A DNA stretch of 64,000 nucleotides from Candidatus Woesearchaeota archaeon. Its GTDB lineage: Archaea; Nanobdellota; Nanobdellia; Woesearchaeales; GW2011-AR4. A program made the position numbers and the translations under genes. The stretch lies in contig JACOZN010000010.1 in the NCBI GenBank assembly GCA_016181305.1, forward strand, positions 66,814-130,813, read 5' to 3'. The notes beneath the pieces were generated by a model, which saw only the letters and a list, made by a program, of their open reading frames with translations, had not been told where the DNA came from and did no database searches. The number at the start of each line of letters is the position of its first letter. Position 1 is the stretch's first letter. Below, one piece after another: positions 61,070 through 64,000 of this stretch.

Positions 61070-61903
61070 ATGAAAAAGAACCTGAAATTTTACCTGAAAG
61101 ATAAATTAAGCAAAAGAGAGCTGCAATTAGCCCCAACCTCCTTTGATATTGTCGGCGATATCCTTATTTTTTCTGAGTTTCCGAAACAACTGACTAAAAA
61201 AGAAAAATTAATTGGAAATGTAATTTTGGAAAATTATAATCATATAAAAACAGTCCTCAAGAAAACCAGAAAATACTCCGGCAGGTTCAGGACTCCGAAA
61301 TTAAAGGTCATTGCTGGCGAGAAAAGAGAGGAAACAATTCACAAAGAGAACAATATCTTTGTAAAGCTCGATGTTGAGAAGGTTTATTTCTCTGTAAGAA
61401 TGTCGTCAGAAAGGAAGAGGATTGCAGGATTGGTTAAGCCTAATGAGTCAGTTTTGGTGATGTTCAGCGGCTCTGGCGTTTATCCACTGGTTATTGCGAG
61501 GAACTCTAAATGCAGGGAGGTTTATGGAATTGAAATAAACCAGATTGCACACAAGTATGCTTTGGAAAATGTCAAGAAAAATAAATTAGATGGCAAAATA
61601 AAATTATTTTTTGGGGATGTTAGAAAAATGATGCCAAAGCTGAAGAAAAAGTTTGACAGGATTCTTATGCCGCTGCCAAAAGGTGGTGAGAATTACCTAG
61701 ATTTGGCTTTAAAATATATAAAAAACAAAGGCATTGTCCATTTTTACGATTTTCTGCATGAAGATGAGTTCTACAAGGCAGGAGAAAAGATTAAAGACTC
61801 TTGCTATAAATCAAAGAAAAGGTGCGCCATCATTAAAATTATCAAATGCGGCCAATATTCCCCAGGATTTTACCGGGTTTGCGCCGATTTTTTTGTTGAT
61901 TAA
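61070..61903 (+). CDS. trm5: tRNA (guanine37-N1)-methyltransferase Trm5 / Taw2 (Met-10+) family
   Basis: 'FDIVGDILIFSEFP', 'VLVMFSGSGVYPLVIA', 'YGIEINQIAHKYALENVKKNKL' and 'FDRILMPLP'. Confidence 0.75.
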   Translation: MKKNLKFYLKDKLSKRELQLAPTSFDIVGDILIFSEFPKQLTKKEKLIGNVILENYNHIKTVLKKTRKYSGRFRTPKLKVIAGEKREETIHKENNIFVKLDVEKVYFSVRMSSERKRIAGLVKPNESVLVMFSGSGVYPLVIARNSKCREVYGIEINQIAHKYALENVKKNKLDGKIKLFFGDVRKMMPKLKKKFDRILMPLPKGGENYLDLALKYIKNKGIVHFYDFLHEDEFYKAGEKIKDSCYKSKKRCAIIKIIKCGQYSPGFYRVCADFFVD

Positions 61904-61910
61904 TGTTTTT

Positions 61911-61932
61911 GAGCTGTTTTTGCAGCTCTTTT
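61911..61932 (+). terminator. Hairpin GAGCTG-TTTTTG-CAGCTC followed by TTTT, within a T-rich tract after the trm5 stop
   Basis: Read directly from the sequence. Oligo-T tracts (61889-61910, 61929-61932) are the usual archaeal termination signal. The role of the hairpin is uncertain. Confidence 0.35.
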
Positions 61933-62136
61933 ACCTGTGCCTTGGATTGTCAAGACTTGTTGGTTTTTTCATTAATCCTTTTCCTGGGGTTTATCAGCCT
62001 GATGAGTTTAAACTGCTCACCTCCGGATTATTTGTCATTAAAATCCTCCATTATGTTTGAGTCCAAAACACCGATTACAAATTCCTTGCCTTTTTCCATA
62101 ACAAAATAAAAAGTTGACTGGGTATATAAAGAAATG

Positions 62137-62155
62137 TGGTGATATATAATCACCA
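62137..62155. promoter_or_regulatory. 19-bp palindrome TGGTGAT-ATATA-ATCACCA directly upstream of the trmB TATA box (candidate TrmB operator)
   Basis: Perfect 7-bp arms with a 5-bp spacer. The GTGAT/ATCAC half-sites resemble known TrmB-family sites. Confidence 0.45.
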
Positions 62156-62160
62156 TAAAA

Positions 62161-62168
62161 TTTAAATA
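62161..62168 (+). promoter_or_regulatory. TATA box TTTAAATA for the TrmB-family gene
   Basis: It ends 24 nt upstream of ATG 62192 but only 6 nt upstream of the track start at 62174. Confidence 0.55.
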
Positions 62169-62191
62169 GCTTTATGGATTATATTATCCAT

Positions 62192-62923
62192 ATGGAAAGC
62201 GTGCTTTACAAAATCGGTATGACGAGGAACGAGGCAAAGGTTTACATGGCTCTTCTTGACCTGGGAACAGCCCGAGCAGGGCAGATAACGGAAAAATCAG
62301 GCGTGCACAGGAGGAATGTCTATGACGCAATAGACAGGCTTATGGAAAAGGGGCTGTTAAGCTTTGTCATAGTGAACAGCAAGAAGCTATTCAGCCCGGT
62401 AAACCCGAAAAGGTTTCTTGAGCTGATAGAGGAGAAAAAATTCGAGCTGGACACAATAAAAAAGGATTTTCAGAGGATTCTGCCTGAACTGGAGCTTAAA
62501 GCAACGATGCAGGAAAGGCATGATGTAAGGTTCTACAAGGGCACGGAAGGGCTAAAAACAGTTTTTGAAGATATAATAAGGACAGGAAAGGGCTACATTG
62601 GGTACGGGCAGGGGCAGCAGCTGGAGAAGGTACTAAAGCGTTTTTTCAGGCTTTTCATCATAAAAAGAGTCAAGGCAAAAATAAGGCTGAGGCTGATATA
62701 CGACGAGGCTTCGAGAAGAACCTTAAAGAAAAACCCGCTGAGCGACATAAAGTATATGCCTGACCAGTACAGCTCCAGGGCGGCTTTGAGAATTTACGGC
62801 GACAAGGTTGCGATACTGCTGCTTTCTGAGGAAGAGCCACTGGCAATAGTCATAAAGAACAAGGCAATTGCGGACGGGTACAGGAAATATTTTGAGGTTA
62901 TGTGGAAAGCCGCAAAGAAATGA
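62192..62923 (+). CDS. TrmB-family (sugar-sensing type) transcriptional regulator
   Basis: 'LYKIGMTRNEAKVYMALLDLGTARAGQITEKSGVHRRNVYDAIDRLMEKGLL' is the TrmB wHTH. I prefer the start at 62192 (MESVLYK...) because of the TATA spacing. The track start is 62174. Confidence 0.75.
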   Translation: MESVLYKIGMTRNEAKVYMALLDLGTARAGQITEKSGVHRRNVYDAIDRLMEKGLLSFVIVNSKKLFSPVNPKRFLELIEEKKFELDTIKKDFQRILPELELKATMQERHDVRFYKGTEGLKTVFEDIIRTGKGYIGYGQGQQLEKVLKRFFRLFIIKRVKAKIRLRLIYDEASRRTLKKNPLSDIKYMPDQYSSRAALRIYGDKVAILLLSEEEPLAIVIKNKAIADGYRKYFEVMWKAAKK

Positions 62924-62928
62924 AAATC

Positions 62929-63001
62929 GTGTACGCTCATAAGTTACATCCGCATATCATCGCTTGCGCTCAACGGGTGTTCATAAAATCATCGCGTACA
63001 C
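62929..63001 (-). ncRNA. Candidate small structured RNA, C/D-box-like (non-canonical boxes), about 73 nt
   Basis: The minus strand reads GUGUACGC-GAUGAUUUUAUGAACACCCGUUGAGCGCAAGCGAUGAUAUGCGGAUGUAACUUAUGA-GCGUACAC. It has an 8-bp terminal stem, two GCGAUGA boxes (62989-62995, 62957-62963), and two xUGA boxes 15-16 nt after each. A TATA-like box lies about 23 nt upstream and a UUUU tract just downstream. The element is noticeably GC-richer than other spacers. Confidence 0.4.
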
Positions 63002-63022
63002 ATGACTGGTAAATGTATGATG

Positions 63023-63030
63023 TTTTTAAG
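63023..63030 (-). promoter_or_regulatory. TATA-like box (minus-strand CTTAAAAA) positioned for a transcript starting at about 63001
   Basis: The proximal edge at 63023 is 22 nt from the first base of the terminal stem at 63001. Confidence 0.35.
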
Positions 63031-63042
63031 ATTTTCCTAAAA

Positions 63043-64000
63043 TCAGCCAAACATGCCTATGTAGTCTTCACCTTCTATCTTTTCTTCCTGCTTGACCTTG
63101 TCAATGGCTTTCAGAAAATCTTCCCTTGTTACAAATGTCCTGTCAGCCCTGATTGCAAAATAGCCTGCCTCTGTGCAGACTGCCCTTATCTCAGCGCCGC
63201 TGAAGCCTTCCATTTTCACCGCAAGCGGCTCAAGCTTGACATTCTTGCCAAAGCTCATGTCCTTCGAGTGTATTTTAAGTATGTCAAGCCTTGCTTCCTT
63301 GTTGGGGATAGGGATGCTGATAAGCCTGTCAAGCCTTCCGGGCCTTATGACGGCAGGGTCGAGTATGTCTTTCCTGTTTGTAGCCCCGATTACCTTTACA
63401 TTGTCCAACGGCTTGAAGCCGTCCAGCTCCGAAAGCAGCTGCATAAATGTCCTGTTGACTTCCCTCTCGCCTGAAGTGCCAACCTCAATCCTTTTTGCCG
63501 CCAATGCATCCATCTCGTCGATAAATATTATTGAAGGGGCTTTTCTCCTCGCAAACTCAAATATCTCCTTAACAAGCTTTGCCCCTTCGCCTATGAATTT
63601 CTGCACAAGCTCTGAGCCGACAACCTCTATAAAGGTGGAATTTGTTGATGCTGCAACAGCCTTTGCCAGCAGAGTCTTGCCTGTGCCTGGCTCGCCGTGC
63701 AGCAGGACGCCTTTTGGAGGGGTGATGCCTATTTTCTTGAAAAGCTCGGGCTTTTTCAGCGGCAATTCCACCACTTCTTTTATCTCCTGTATTTGACGGC
63801 TTAATCCCCCTATCTCTTCCCATGTAATTGTTGGCTTTTCAACGATGACAAATTTCTCAACATTAAAGCGCCTTGTGATCGGGACTTTTTTTATTATTGT
63901 AAGGTTCTTCTGCTCCACCAAAACCAAGTCGCCTGACTTGAGCTTTTCGCAGTCGCTTGATATATTGACTAGAAACTGGTTGCCATTTGGGATTTTTATT
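63043..64000 (-). CDS. pan: Proteasome-activating nucleotidase (PAN, AAA+ ATPase), N-terminus outside the window
   Basis: 'GVLLHGEPGTGKTLLAKAVA' is Walker A and 'IIFIDEMDA' is Walker B. The track 'M' at 63927 is an internal TTG. The frame stays open to base 64000 (…IKIPNGNQFLVNISSDCEKLKSGDLVLVEQ… = OB domain). Confidence 0.85.
   Translation of the reverse strand, partial: IKIPNGNQFLVNISSDCEKLKSGDLVLVEQKNLTIIKKVPITRRFNVEKFVIVEKPTITWEEIGGLSRQIQEIKEVVELPLKKPELFKKIGITPPKGVLLHGEPGTGKTLLAKAVAASTNSTFIEVVGSELVQKFIGEGAKLVKEIFEFARRKAPSIIFIDEMDALAAKRIEVGTSGEREVNRTFMQLLSELDGFKPLDNVKVIGATNRKDILDPAVIRPGRLDRLISIPIPNKEARLDILKIHSKDMSFGKNVKLEPLAVKMEGFSGAEIRAVCTEAGYFAIRADRTFVTREDFLKAIDKVKQEEKIEGEDYIGMFG

Noticed and set aside
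61734-62109. Track ORFs 61734..62060 (108 aa) and 61903..62109 (68 aa)
   Set aside because: The first overlaps the 3' end of trm5 out of frame. Both are hydrophobic/low-complexity, start at non-ATG codons and lack promoter/SD geometry. The region is treated as non-coding spacer.
62924-63042. tRNA gene in the GC-rich spacer
   Set aside because: No cloverleaf can be drawn and there is no T-loop GTTCRANNC-like or D-loop consensus. The internally duplicated box layout fits a C/D-like sRNA better.
63173-63796. 207-aa plus-strand ORF
   Set aside because: It is antisense to the PAN AAA ATPase gene (Walker A/B are obvious on the minus strand). The sequence is low-complexity and Ser/Leu-rich.
1-64000. 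CRISPR arrays, rRNA/tRNA genes, transposases, integrases and prophage genes
   Set aside because: I looked for regularly spaced direct repeats, long GC-rich structured segments, and DDE/tyrosine-recombinase-like ORFs on both strands. None was seen, and the only repeats found are short promoter-associated motifs.

Overview
AT-rich archaeal chromosomal segment. The archaeal assignment rests on an archaeal/eukaryal-type ProRS, FEN1, a PAN AAA ATPase, Trm5, a TrmB-family regulator, and TATA boxes 21-26 nt upstream of first-gene ATGs, which implies leaderless mRNAs. The phylum cannot be fixed from this window; an uncultured small-genome (DPANN-like) lineage is only a guess. I call about 54 tightly packed protein genes. 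Many are joined by ATGA/TAATG overlaps or GGTGA-type Shine-Dalgarno sites. Almost the whole window is one very large surface-glycan/envelope biosynthesis island: 4 GT4/GT2 glycosyltransferases plus one MTase-GT2 fusion, 2 GT-C membrane transferases and 2 Wzx-like flippases; 2 DegT aminotransferases and a WbpB/D/E-like trio; a Ugd-UXS-nucleotidyltransferase set; about 7 SAM methyltransferases; 3 B12-binding radical SAM enzymes; 3 sulfatase-fold proteins with Thr at the nucleophile position; and a TagF-like CDP-polyol phosphotransferase. Housekeeping genes (proS, asnB, fen1, trm5, pan) interrupt or flank it. No rRNA, tRNA, CRISPR array, transposase or integrase was seen. The items most worth a second look are: (i) a winged-helix protein fused to a lid-less, metal-ligand-less pyruvate-kinase scaffold, with three GTGAATAA boxes in its promoter; (ii) a cytidylyltransferase::PPDK-type ATP-grasp fusion next to a TagF-like / LtaS-like / SGNH operon, which suggests a CDP-activated phospho-headgroup decoration; (iii) a block of three B12-radical-SAM genes plus two convergent Pol-beta-fold nucleotidyltransferase paralogs; (iv) a GatZ-like / cupin / kinase-nucleotidyltransferase sugar salvage cassette; (v) a roughly 73-nt GC-rich C/D-box-like small RNA candidate with its own TATA box and T-tract. 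All functional calls come from by-eye motif recognition, and no database search was run.
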